A stretch of DNA of 64,000 nucleotides from an uncultured Clostridia bacterium (lineage in GTDB: Bacteria > Acidobacteriota > Blastocatellia > UBA7656), in the NCBI GenBank assembly GCA_964548075.1, contig CAZJQQ010000003.1, forward strand, positions 71,254 to 135,253. The letters run 5' to 3'. A program made the translations under genes and the position numbers. Positions 49,561 to 59,088 of the stretch are shown here, piece after piece; within the stretch, counting starts at the first letter, position 1; each line of letters begins with the position of its first letter. Below the pieces are notes generated by a model. It ran no database searches and was not told where the DNA came from. It was given only the letters and a program-made list of their open reading frames with translations.

Positions 49561-50700
49561 ATGACGTCGCAGAAAAAGATCAGAGTCTGTGTAGTAGTCG
49601 CGTCGATCGATATTCTCGGCGGCCAGTCGATCCAAGCCTTGCGGCTTATGGAAGGTCTGTCTCGCGAGCTCGAGATCGAAGCCGAATTGCTCCCGATCAA
49701 TCCGCGCCTGCCAGGCCCGCTTCGTTGGTTGCAGCGAATCAAATATGTGAGAACGGTCGTCACGTCCACTGCATACGTTGCGAGCTTGTTGGTCCGATTG
49801 CCGCGCTTCGATGTCGTGCACGTGTTCTCGGCTTCTTACTTATCGTTCCTGCTCGCGCCGGCGCCGGCAATCCTGATAGCCAGGCTTTACGGCAAGCCTG
49901 TGCTCTTGAACTATCACAGCGGCGAAGCCGAAGACCACCTGCGCCGGTGGCCGCGAACGGCCCTCCCGATAATCAAGCTCGCGGATCGTGTAGTCGTGCC
50001 GTCCGATTACCTCGTCTCCGTCTTTGCGACGTTCGGCTTTCACGCTGAGCGCGTGCCCAACACGGTGGACCTTGCGCGATTCCGTTTTCGCGAGCGCCGG
50101 TGGTTGAAGCCGGTGTTGCTTTCCAACCGCAACCTCGAACGTCACTACAACGTTGAATGCACGCTGCGGGCGTTCGCGCTCATTCAGCAGCAAGTTCCCG
50201 ACACGCGGCTAATCGTCGCCGGCGATGGCAGTGAACGGCAGGCACTCCACGATCTGGCCGCGACGCTCGCGCCGGGCAAGGTTGATTTCGTCGGCGCTGT
50301 CGCCCCTGAAAACATGCCAGCGCTCTACGATCAGGCCGACATATTTGTGAACGCTTCAGACGTAGACAATCAGCCGCTCTCGATCATCGAGGCGTTTGCT
50401 TCAGGGCTCCCGGTGGTCACGACCGACGCGGGCGGCATCCCACATATGGTGACCGACGGAGAAACGGGCTTGATGGTTGGCCGCGGCGACCACGAGGCGC
50501 TGGCTGATCGTGTGATCCGATTGCTCCGCGATAAAGAGCTGGCGACAGGCATTGCAGGTCGCGCACGTGAAGGGTGCGGTCGATACAGTTGGTCCGCAGT
50601 GAGCGTCAAATGGCTTAGACTCTATCGAGAGTTGGCCTGCAAGAAGGCCGCGTCGCAACCAAACCGAGTCAAGGAGGCCGAGAACTCATCAGCGAGATAG
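49561..50700 (+). CDS. Glycosyltransferase family 4
   Basis: GGQ, NY.SGEA, RNLE..Y, DNQPLSIIEAFASGLPVV. Confidence 0.92.
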   Translation: MTSQKKIRVCVVVASIDILGGQSIQALRLMEGLSRELEIEAELLPINPRLPGPLRWLQRIKYVRTVVTSTAYVASLLVRLPRFDVVHVFSASYLSFLLAPAPAILIARLYGKPVLLNYHSGEAEDHLRRWPRTALPIIKLADRVVVPSDYLVSVFATFGFHAERVPNTVDLARFRFRERRWLKPVLLSNRNLERHYNVECTLRAFALIQQQVPDTRLIVAGDGSERQALHDLAATLAPGKVDFVGAVAPENMPALYDQADIFVNASDVDNQPLSIIEAFASGLPVVTTDAGGIPHMVTDGETGLMVGRGDHEALADRVIRLLRDKELATGIAGRAREGCGRYSWSAVSVKWLRLYRELACKKAASQPNRVKEAENSSAR

Positions 50701-50791
50701 CGAGTGCGCCAACCCCACTCGCGGCAGTAGGCGGATCGTTTAGGCCAGCCTACACGCGAGCAGCCCTCCACCGTCTTTCCCTTCCTCTCTC

Positions 50792-50855
50792 CTCAGCGTC
50801 CCCGGCGTCCTCAGCGGTTGAATTGCTTCTTAACCGCAGAGAGGACGCTGAGGAG
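50792..50855. repeat. CTCTGCG/AACCGCAGAG family, copy 2
   Basis: ctcagcgtccccggcgtcctcagcggttgaa / ttaaccgcagagaggacgctgag. Confidence 0.7.
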
Positions 50856-50939
50856 AAGAACCTCCCGAACCACGCCTTATTCGCCGATCAGGTTCTGGTG
50901 AAATCGGCCAAATAGACATTTCCCATACATGACAGGTCT

Positions 50940-53528
50940 GTGACCCTAAATGTGCCAGAGACTGTGAATGACCTATCTGAGATGGCAAACAACTTCGCAC
51001 AATTAGAGAAGCTTCGCGGCACGAGCCTTCGCGAGATCCGCGTTCGCGGCACGCAAGAGCTTGCCAAGCTCAATGAGCGTATCTTCGGCGCGGGCTCCGT
51101 CGAAATGACCGATGAGGCACTGCTCCACGAGATCCATCCCGCATCCGGCAACGGAAATAGCGAAGGCTCGGCCATGCTCATGCTCGAGCGCATCCGTTCA
51201 GCCCCGTTCTTCCCATCGCTGACTAACCGCGACGAAGTATCAGCGATCAACGAGCAACGCTTCCCCGCTGAGCGCCTGGCACTTCTCGACCGCGCCGAGC
51301 GGGCAATCAACGGTCGTTTCGATTTGCTGGGCTTCAGCGATTTGAGCTTTGGCGATCCGATTGACTGGCGCTTCGATCCAACGACCGGCACGCGGACGCC
51401 GCTTGTTCACTGGAGCAGGATCGACTATCTCGACCCAGGCGTCGCTGGCGATAAGAAAGTCACCTGGGAGCTGAACCGCAAGGCGCACTTCGTCACGCTA
51501 GGGCAGGCGTACTGGCTGACAGGTGATGAGCGGTTCGCCGAAGCGTTCACGTCGCAAGCTTCATCGTGGATGGACGCGAACCCTCCGAAGCTCGGCATCA
51601 ACTGGGCGAGCAGCCTCGAACTTTCGTTCCGGGTGATCGCGTGGATATGGGCGCTGCATTTGTTCGCCGATTCGGATCGGTTGACTCCAAAGTTCGTTTC
51701 GCGATTCGTGAAGTATCTGGTCGCCCAGGGCCGTCACATCGAGTCATATCTATCGCACTACTTCAGCCCAAACACACATCTGACGGGCGAGGCGCTCGGG
51801 TTGTTTTACCTCGGCGCGGCGTTGCCTGAGCTGGGCCGAGCGCGCCGCTGGCGTGATACCGGCCTCGGCGTGTTGGTCGATCAACTGCCGCGGCACATAA
51901 GACGAGACGGAACTTACTTCGAGCAATCCTCCTACTATCATCGCTACACCGTGGATTTCTACACGCACCTTGTTGTGCTCGCTCGCGCGGCCAATGTGAC
52001 GCTCCCGCGCGAAGTAGAAGAACGGCTATCGCTGGCGCTCGATCACATGATGTTCATCACCAGGCCCGATGGCGTAACGCCGCTGTACGGCGATGACGAC
52101 GGAGGGCGGCTGCTGGAATTGAATGCTCGACGGGCTAATGATTTTCGCGACACGCTTGCGGCGGGCGCGGCATTGTTCGGCCGCGGCGACTGGAAGCAGG
52201 TGGCCGGAGAGGCGCCAGTTGAAACGCTGTGGCTGCTCGGGCCACAGGCTCTGAGGAACTACGATCAGATCGAGGCGTGCGCGCCGCTCGAGACCAGTCG
52301 AGCGTTCGCCGAAGGCGGCTCCTTCGTGCTGCGAGACGGGTGGTCGAAGCAGTCGAGCTACGTGCTTGTAGACTGCGGGCCTCATGGTTCTTTGAGTTGT
52401 GGGCACGCGCACGCCGATGCGCTCGCGTTCGAGTACGCGGCCGAGGGAACGACGTGGCTGGTTGACCCGGGCACGTTCACCTACACCAGCGATGCGAGTT
52501 CTCGCGATATGTTCCGCACGACCGCAGCTCACAACACGGTGACCGTTGATAGTCATCCGCAATCGGTTCCGGCCGGCCCTTTCGCATGGGAGCACATCGC
52601 CCGATCGAACTCCAAGGAGTTCATATCTGAAAAGGGGTTTGATTATTTCGAGGGCTCGCACGACGGCTACGAACGGCTCGATGATCCGGTCACACACACG
52701 AGGTCGCTCTTGTTTCTCAAGCGCGATGATCAGAGCGAGCTTCCGCCATACCTGATCGTTCGTGATCAGTTTGCTGCGAACAAGCAGCATGAATATGCGT
52801 TGCGATATCACCTCGCGCCGGGCTGCTCGGTGAACGCGGGCGCCAATGAAATCAAGGCAAGAGCGGGTGACTGCGGGCTCTCGATAACCGCGTTCGGTGA
52901 AAGTGAGTTGAAGCTGCGAGTCGAAGACGGTTGGGTATCGAGTTGTTACGGACAGCGAGAGCCCGCGCCGGTTGCGCTCTTTGAGGCGCAAGGCGAAGGA
53001 CCTCAGCAATTCGTGAGTTTTCTCATTCCTCAGAAGCCGCGAACGGACGGCGCTCTGTGGCCGCCCTGCATCGAAGAAGGCCCCCGCGATGCGCAGGAAG
53101 GGGCGGCCACAGAGGGCCGCCCGTACAGGACTCATTCGATACGCGCGGCCAGAGCACACGATCTCCTTTTGCTGAGTGAGCGGGCAGACGAGCTTGTAGG
53201 CGACGGGCTGCTCGCGACCGGTTCGATTGCGTGGGCGCGATTCATCGCCGGCGGCTTAACGCGCGGCTGTCTGATACGCGGTAAGAGATTTGAAGTCGCC
53301 GAGTGTGTAGTCTTCCGCTCACCGACAACCATTAGGTGCTGTGCGTTTCAAATCGGTGACGGCCAGATTGAGATTACTATTCATGGCGGCAGTCAGTTTG
53401 CCTTATCCTTCCACAACTCCCCGAACAGGATTGTGGTCAACAAATCCAGCTTCGATTTGGCGCCCGGCCGTCTAAACGCTCGGTTCGTGCTTGAAGGCTC
53501 TGGCTGGAAGCTTGTCGACAAGGACTAA
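50940..53528 (+). CDS. Heparinase II/III-family polysaccharide lyase (start may be 50982)
   Basis: D.K..WELNR, NW.SSLE, SPNTHL, EQS..YH, GD.DGG, GHAHADAL, DPGT, AHNT. Confidence 0.9.
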   Translation: MTLNVPETVNDLSEMANNFAQLEKLRGTSLREIRVRGTQELAKLNERIFGAGSVEMTDEALLHEIHPASGNGNSEGSAMLMLERIRSAPFFPSLTNRDEVSAINEQRFPAERLALLDRAERAINGRFDLLGFSDLSFGDPIDWRFDPTTGTRTPLVHWSRIDYLDPGVAGDKKVTWELNRKAHFVTLGQAYWLTGDERFAEAFTSQASSWMDANPPKLGINWASSLELSFRVIAWIWALHLFADSDRLTPKFVSRFVKYLVAQGRHIESYLSHYFSPNTHLTGEALGLFYLGAALPELGRARRWRDTGLGVLVDQLPRHIRRDGTYFEQSSYYHRYTVDFYTHLVVLARAANVTLPREVEERLSLALDHMMFITRPDGVTPLYGDDDGGRLLELNARRANDFRDTLAAGAALFGRGDWKQVAGEAPVETLWLLGPQALRNYDQIEACAPLETSRAFAEGGSFVLRDGWSKQSSYVLVDCGPHGSLSCGHAHADALAFEYAAEGTTWLVDPGTFTYTSDASSRDMFRTTAAHNTVTVDSHPQSVPAGPFAWEHIARSNSKEFISEKGFDYFEGSHDGYERLDDPVTHTRSLLFLKRDDQSELPPYLIVRDQFAANKQHEYALRYHLAPGCSVNAGANEIKARAGDCGLSITAFGESELKLRVEDGWVSSCYGQREPAPVALFEAQGEGPQQFVSFLIPQKPRTDGALWPPCIEEGPRDAQEGAATEGRPYRTHSIRAARAHDLLLLSERADELVGDGLLATGSIAWARFIAGGLTRGCLIRGKRFEVAECVVFRSPTTIRCCAFQIGDGQIEITIHGGSQFALSFHNSPNRIVVNKSSFDLAPGRLNARFVLEGSGWKLVDKD
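53041..53126. repeat. In-frame intragenic REP doublet
   Basis: gaacggacggcgctctgtggccgccc / gggcggccacagagggccgcccgtac inside the lyase ORF. Confidence 0.8.
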
Positions 53529-53534
53529 CTATCG

Positions 53535-55520
53535 ATGTGTGGTATCTGTGGCATAGCTATCCCTGAGAAGCTGAACCGCGCGGTAGACGCTGCGGTGCTG
53601 GTTCGTATGCGGGACTCGCTCACCCATCGCGGACCCGATGATGCCGGAGTCTTTATCGACGGAGCGATGGGACTCGCGCATCGCCGTCTCTCGATAGTCG
53701 ACCTCGCAGGCGGTCACCAGCCGATGTCTAACGAAGACGGCAAGGTCTGGATAACTTACAACGGCGAGGTGTACAACCACCGCGCCTTGCGCCCTGAGCT
53801 CGAGGCGCGCGGCCACGTCTATCAATCCGCCAGCGACACCGAGACGATCATTCACCTTTACGAAGAGCGCGGCCCGCGCGCCGTCGAGCAGCTTCGCGGT
53901 ATGTTCGCCTTTGCGATTTGGGATAAGCCGAGAAGGAGATTGGTGCTGGCGCGTGATCGGCTTGGCGTCAAGCCACTGTATTACACACTTTCTGATGATG
54001 GCGTAATCTGCTTCGCGTCGGAGATCAAAGCTCTTGTGGAAACGCGCGCGGTTAGAGCCGAACTCAACTACGACGCGTTGGCAGATTACGCCGCCAACCG
54101 TTCAACCTCGGGCGAAGAGACGCTGTTTCGCGGTGTCAAGCGGTTGCTTCCCGGACACCTGTTGGTCTGGAGCGACGGGCGAGTTCACATCGAGCGCTAC
54201 TGGGATCTGACCTTCGCGAAACCTGCCGAGCCTCGCAGCGACCGCGAGTACGTCGACCAGTTTGAGGATCTGTTCGAAGAGTCCGTGCGGCTGCGATTGA
54301 TGGCCGATGTGCCGCTGGGGATGTTTCTTTCCGGCGGAATCGATTCGAGCGCAATCGTCGCCGCGATGAGCGAGATGGTCTCGGAGCCCATAAAGACTTT
54401 CTCGGTTGGGTTCGAAGAGCGCGACGCCAACGAGCTTGAATACGCCCGAATGGTAGCGCGTGGCTTCGGGACTGATCATCACGAAGTTGTGGTCAGCCCC
54501 CACCAGTTTTTCGACGCGCTGCCGGCGTTGGTTTACCAGGAGGACGAGCCCATCGCGCACCCGTCGAGCGTGCCGCTCTATTTCGTCTCGAAGCTTGCAA
54601 GCGAGCACGTCAAGGTGGTGCTGACGGGCGAAGGAAGCGACGAGTTGCTGGCAGGCTACGACAAGTATCGAAAGACGATCTTCAACCTGGCACTCGGCCA
54701 GTCGTATCACGGCGCTGTGCCGGCATCGATCCGGCGCACAATCGAGCGGGCGATTCTAAAACTGAACCCGACATCGCGCATTCGGCAGAAGCTCTCGCGA
54801 ACGTTCCTTTGTCTGAAGCCTGAGATCGAAGACATCTACTTCGACAACTTCTCGGTGTTTTCGCGAGCAATGCAACAGCGCTTGTTCACCGGCGAAGCGC
54901 GGGAGCAGATGCGAGACTGCGATCCGTATCGGGCGTCGCTCGAGCTTATCGGAGAATTCAATTCGACCGAGCTGTTGGATCGGTTGCTCAGCGCTGACCT
55001 GAAGACCTACTTGCACGAGCTGTTGATGAAGCAGGACCAGATGAGCATGGCGGCTTCGATTGAAAGCCGAGTGCCGTTTCTCGATCACAAGCTGGTCGAG
55101 TTCGCCGCGGGGCTGCCGGTGAATATGAAGCTGCGAGGCCTGACGACGAAATTCATCCTGCGCCGGGCGATGCGCGATCGGTTGCCTAAAGAGATTCTGA
55201 CGCGCCGGAAGATGGGGTTCCCGGTTCCAGTCGGTGGGTGGCTTCGCGGCCGCTTCAGCCACGTCGTCGATGAGTACGTGCTGAACTCGCGCTCGATCGG
55301 GCGAGGCATCTTCAACCCCGCCTTCGTTCGTGAGCTGGTTGCGCGGCACCAGGCGGGCGAAAACCATACCGAGCGGCTATGGGCTCTAATCAACTTTGAG
55401 ATCTGGCAACGGCGTTTCTTTGATGGAGAGCCCCTCGTCCCCGAAGCGGCCCGTGGCGCAAGCTACCAGCTTGCGGGCGCGGTGATGACCACGGTCGGCG
55501 CGATTTTTAGGAAGCTATGA
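53535..55520 (+). CDS. asnB: Asparagine synthase-like glutamine amidotransferase 2
   Basis: MCGICG, HRGPD, YNGEVYN, LSGGIDSS, TGEGSDE, KQDQMSM. Confidence 0.93.
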   Translation: MCGICGIAIPEKLNRAVDAAVLVRMRDSLTHRGPDDAGVFIDGAMGLAHRRLSIVDLAGGHQPMSNEDGKVWITYNGEVYNHRALRPELEARGHVYQSASDTETIIHLYEERGPRAVEQLRGMFAFAIWDKPRRRLVLARDRLGVKPLYYTLSDDGVICFASEIKALVETRAVRAELNYDALADYAANRSTSGEETLFRGVKRLLPGHLLVWSDGRVHIERYWDLTFAKPAEPRSDREYVDQFEDLFEESVRLRLMADVPLGMFLSGGIDSSAIVAAMSEMVSEPIKTFSVGFEERDANELEYARMVARGFGTDHHEVVVSPHQFFDALPALVYQEDEPIAHPSSVPLYFVSKLASEHVKVVLTGEGSDELLAGYDKYRKTIFNLALGQSYHGAVPASIRRTIERAILKLNPTSRIRQKLSRTFLCLKPEIEDIYFDNFSVFSRAMQQRLFTGEAREQMRDCDPYRASLELIGEFNSTELLDRLLSADLKTYLHELLMKQDQMSMAASIESRVPFLDHKLVEFAAGLPVNMKLRGLTTKFILRRAMRDRLPKEILTRRKMGFPVPVGGWLRGRFSHVVDEYVLNSRSIGRGIFNPAFVRELVARHQAGENHTERLWALINFEIWQRRFFDGEPLVPEAARGASYQLAGAVMTTVGAIFRKL

Positions 55521-56809
55521 GAATTCTTTGGGTCAAAGCGGGCAAGCTCCTTCCGGTGGACACCGGAGGCAAGATCCGCTCGTACAACATCCTTCGCCGG
55601 CTCGACGAGCGAAACGATGTGACGTTGCTGTCCTATTACCTCGGTCCTCGCGACGAGGCTTATGAGAGTGAACTGGCCGAGCACTTGCCGGGCGCAGTTG
55701 CTGTCCATACCGGGGGATCCGCCGGGAACTTGCTTGCGAGCGGCCTGAATTATCTGCGGCGGCTTACGTCGCGAGCGCCGTACGCGGTCAGCAAGTTCAC
55801 CTCGCTCAAGATTCAAAGACAGATCGCTGCATTGCTTTCAGTCGGCCGCTTCGATGTGACCATCTGCGATTTCCTCGCGGCCTCGCTCAACTTTCCCTCC
55901 GTACTCGAAACGCCGACTGTGCTGTTTCAACACAACGTCGAGTCGTCGCTGTGGCAGCGGCAGGCTCGTCACGAACCTAATCCGATCAACCGCATGATCT
56001 TCAAACTCGAGGCCGCGAAGATGCTCCGGTATGAACGCGAGGCGGTTGGAAGGTTTCATCACGTGATTGCAGTGTCGGACAACGACCGTGATTTGATGAG
56101 CGCGATGACCGGCGCCTCGCGGATCAGCGTGGTTCCCACCGGCGTCGACTTGCAGCAGTATCAGGTCGCGCGCGAAGGGGCCAAGGATGCGAGCCCGATC
56201 GCGCCGCTTGTGGTTTTTGTGGGGTCGATGGATTGGGAAGCGAACATCGATGCGGTTGATTATTTCTGCCGCGAGATCTGGCCCGCTGTGAAACAAGCAG
56301 TGCCCAAAGCGCGATTCAGAATCGTCGGGCGCAACCCACATCCGCGAGTCCAGAAGCTTGCGGGCGACTCGATTGAAGTCACCGGCACAGTCGCCTCGGT
56401 AATCGAGCACTATCGAGAAGCGGCCATCAACATCGTGCCGTTGCGCGTGGGCGGCGGAACGCGACTGAAGATTTACGAAGCGATGGCGATGGGCAAGGCT
56501 ACGGTGTCGACTTCGATTGGAGCCGAGGGATTGGATGTGAACGACGGGGCTGACATCGCAATTGCTGACTCATCTGAGAAGTTCGCCGAGTCGATGATCG
56601 TTTTGTTGAAGAACGAACAACTGCGGCGGCGGATCGAGAAGGCCGCCGCCGAGCAAGCCGCGCGATATGATTGGTCGGTGATCGCCGAGTGTTTTGAAGA
56701 CGTGTTGGAGCGAGCCGGCCGGCTGGGAGCGCAGGCATCCTTGCCTGCTTCTTCCCGCGCAAACGCCAGGCAGGCAGGGATGCCTGCCCTCCCAGAGGGT
56801 TTGAAATGA
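55517..56809 (+). CDS. Glycosyltransferase family 4 (PEP-CTERM-locus type)
   Basis: P.DTGGKIRS, HNVES, FVGSMDW..N, GGGTRLKIYEAMA. Confidence 0.92.
   Translation: MRILWVKAGKLLPVDTGGKIRSYNILRRLDERNDVTLLSYYLGPRDEAYESELAEHLPGAVAVHTGGSAGNLLASGLNYLRRLTSRAPYAVSKFTSLKIQRQIAALLSVGRFDVTICDFLAASLNFPSVLETPTVLFQHNVESSLWQRQARHEPNPINRMIFKLEAAKMLRYEREAVGRFHHVIAVSDNDRDLMSAMTGASRISVVPTGVDLQQYQVAREGAKDASPIAPLVVFVGSMDWEANIDAVDYFCREIWPAVKQAVPKARFRIVGRNPHPRVQKLAGDSIEVTGTVASVIEHYREAAINIVPLRVGGGTRLKIYEAMAMGKATVSTSIGAEGLDVNDGADIAIADSSEKFAESMIVLLKNEQLRRRIEKAAAEQAARYDWSVIAECFEDVLERAGRLGAQASLPASSRANARQAGMPALPEGLK
56723..56795. repeat. GGAGCGCAGGCATCC-family REP doublet, copy 3, fully within coding sequence
   Basis: ctgggagcgcaggcatccttgcctgc / gcaggcagggatgcctgccctcccag. 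Confidence 0.88.
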
Positions 56810-58119
56810 AACTGAGCATATTTGGTCTTGGCTATGTTGGGTGTGTTTCGGCGGCGTGCTTTGCAAGCAACGGCCACGAAGTGATCGGCGTCGAGGTGAA
56901 CCCGCTGAAAGTCGAAATAATCAACGGCGGCCGAAGCCCAATTGTCGAGCCGGGCATCGAGGAACTGATCTCGGCCGCGGTGAAGCAGGGCAGGTTTCGT
57001 GCGACCACGGACGCAAACGAAGCAGTCGCCGAATCAGACGTCTCGCTCGTTTGCATCGGCACGCCTGGCAATCACAACGGCAGTCTCGATCTCAGCTACA
57101 TCAAACGCGCTTGCCAGCAGATCGGCGAGGCGCTCGCCTCGAAGTCCCGCTACCACGTCGTCGCGATGCGCAGCACGATGCTGCCGGGCACGATCGAACA
57201 GGCTGTTATTCCCACTCTTGAGGTCTTCTCCGGAAAGCGCGCCGGACGCGACTTCGGCGTCGCAGTCAATCCGGAGTTCCTGCGCGAGGGCACTTCGATC
57301 TACGACTTTGCGCATCCGCCGTTCACGCTGATCGGGACGGATGATGAAGAAGCGTCGGTTCTTTTGAAACGGCTATACGCGTGCATCGACGCGCCGCTGG
57401 TTAACGTGGGAATCAAAGAAGCCGAGATGGTTAAGTACGCATGCAACAGCTTTCACGCGTTGAAGGTTGCGTTCGCCAATGAGATCGGGAACGTCTCGAA
57501 GGCGCTCGGAGTCGATAGCCACGTTGTGATGGATGTCTTCTGTAAAGACACCAAGCTCAACCTGTCGCCTTATTATCTCAAACCCGGGTTTGCGTTCGGG
57601 GGTTCGTGTTTGCCAAAGGATCTCCGTGCGATCACCTACAAAGCGAAAGAGCTGGACGTAGAAGTTCCGCTGCTCAACTCGATCCTGTTGAGTAACCGTC
57701 AACAGGTCGAACGCGCGGTCGATACGGTGCTGAGAACCGGGCGCAAAAACGTCGGCGTGTTGGGGCTGAGCTTCAAGGCGGGAACCGACGATCTGCGCGA
57801 AAGCCCGATGGTCGCGTTGATAGAGACGCTGATCGGCAAAGGACTGAAGCTTACGATCTACGATCGCGACGTCGAGCTTGCAAGACTGTTCGGCGCAAAC
57901 AAACAGTACATCGAGCGCGAGATCCCGCACATTTCTTCGCTGATGAACTCGGACCTCGACCAGGTAATCGAACAGGCGGAGGTCGTCATCATAGGAAAAA
58001 AGGAAGACGAGTTTCGCGTTCTCTCTGATAAGCTGAACAACGGCCGCGTGATTGTGGACCTGGTGAGGTTGTTTGACTTTGCTGATGCTCGCAAGCTGTA
58101 CCAGGGAATCTGCTGGTGA
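56806..58119 (+). CDS. UDP-glucose/GDP-mannose dehydrogenase (AlgD-like)
   Basis: GLGYVG, NPEFLREG, FGGSCLPKD, LSFK.GTDDLRESP. Confidence 0.95.
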   Translation: MKLSIFGLGYVGCVSAACFASNGHEVIGVEVNPLKVEIINGGRSPIVEPGIEELISAAVKQGRFRATTDANEAVAESDVSLVCIGTPGNHNGSLDLSYIKRACQQIGEALASKSRYHVVAMRSTMLPGTIEQAVIPTLEVFSGKRAGRDFGVAVNPEFLREGTSIYDFAHPPFTLIGTDDEEASVLLKRLYACIDAPLVNVGIKEAEMVKYACNSFHALKVAFANEIGNVSKALGVDSHVVMDVFCKDTKLNLSPYYLKPGFAFGGSCLPKDLRAITYKAKELDVEVPLLNSILLSNRQQVERAVDTVLRTGRKNVGVLGLSFKAGTDDLRESPMVALIETLIGKGLKLTIYDRDVELARLFGANKQYIEREIPHISSLMNSDLDQVIEQAEVVIIGKKEDEFRVLSDKLNNGRVIVDLVRLFDFADARKLYQGICW

Positions 58120-58141
58120 AGCAAACACCAAGAACGCTGTG

Positions 58142-59044
58142 ATGACTATGAATGAGAAAGTCATCAGAATGGCCGGCCGACGGCAGGGCGCGATGACGCC
58201 GCCGGCGGTAACGCCCGTGGGCGAGCCCGGCGCTGAGCGCGTGCGGCGAGCGCTGGGGAATCGATTCACCTCGGTGAAACCCCGCGGCGTGCCGGGTGAC
58301 GTCGAGTACTACGTTGCTCGAGATGCTGGCGGCGATGTCGTGCAGTTGCGGGTGCTTTCGGCCCGCAGAGCTGGTGACGTGAAAGCGCGCGAATTGTTTC
58401 GACTTGAATGCAACGCTGCTTCGAAGCTCGCGCACATGAACATAGTCGGAACGGGAGCACCTGAAGAGGTAAACGGCGTTTTCTTCTGCGTGGTCGAGCA
58501 CAAGGAAGCGGCTCTAACCTTACGCGAGTTGGTCGATAACAACGGATGGCTCGATGCGAGGTCTGCGGTTCAGATCGCCGATCAAATAGCGAGCGCTCTG
58601 GCGCACGCGCACCAGATGGGTGTGTTGCACTTGCGGCTGCAGCCCGAAAGCGTACTGGTAGAGCCCGACGGATGGGTTACGGTTGCGGACTTCGGACTGG
58701 AAGCAAAGCACGGCACAGAGCGGTTGCTGGCGCCTCGGGTGCCGTATGCGAGCCCGGAGCAAACGATGCGCGTGACGGCCGATCAGCGGAGCGACCTTTA
58801 CTCGCTTGGCGCGGTGTTGTACGAGATGCTCACGGACCGCACGCCCTTCGACTCGAACGATGAAGACTACGTCCGGCAGAGGCAGGTTGAGTTTCGCGCG
58901 GCGCCGCCGCATTTGATTTCGATCGACGTGCCCGAATCAGTATCGAGCGTCGTGATGAGATTGCTCGAGCGAGAACCTGCGAAACGCTTTGCAAGCGCCA
59001 CGGCGTTTCAAGCGGCGCTGGATAGCGCAATTAATAATCAATAG
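58142..59044 (+). CDS. Hanks-type Ser/Thr kinase homologue, predicted pseudokinase
   Basis: Keeps H.NI, DFG, Y.SPEQ, SD.YSLG..LYEML; HRD.KP.N is replaced by HLRLQPES and VAIK by VQLR. Confidence 0.85.
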   Translation: MTMNEKVIRMAGRRQGAMTPPAVTPVGEPGAERVRRALGNRFTSVKPRGVPGDVEYYVARDAGGDVVQLRVLSARRAGDVKARELFRLECNAASKLAHMNIVGTGAPEEVNGVFFCVVEHKEAALTLRELVDNNGWLDARSAVQIADQIASALAHAHQMGVLHLRLQPESVLVEPDGWVTVADFGLEAKHGTERLLAPRVPYASPEQTMRVTADQRSDLYSLGAVLYEMLTDRTPFDSNDEDYVRQRQVEFRAAPPHLISIDVPESVSSVVMRLLEREPAKRFASATAFQAALDSAINNQ

Positions 59045-59078
59045 GTCCTATAGGCCTTATAGGTCCTATAGGTCTCAT
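59041..59078. repeat. 9-bp tandem repeat (ATAGGTCCT, about 4 copies)
   Basis: ataggtcct ataggcctt ataggtcct ataggtctc. Confidence 0.75.
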
Positions 59079-59088
59079 TAGGAGGCAG

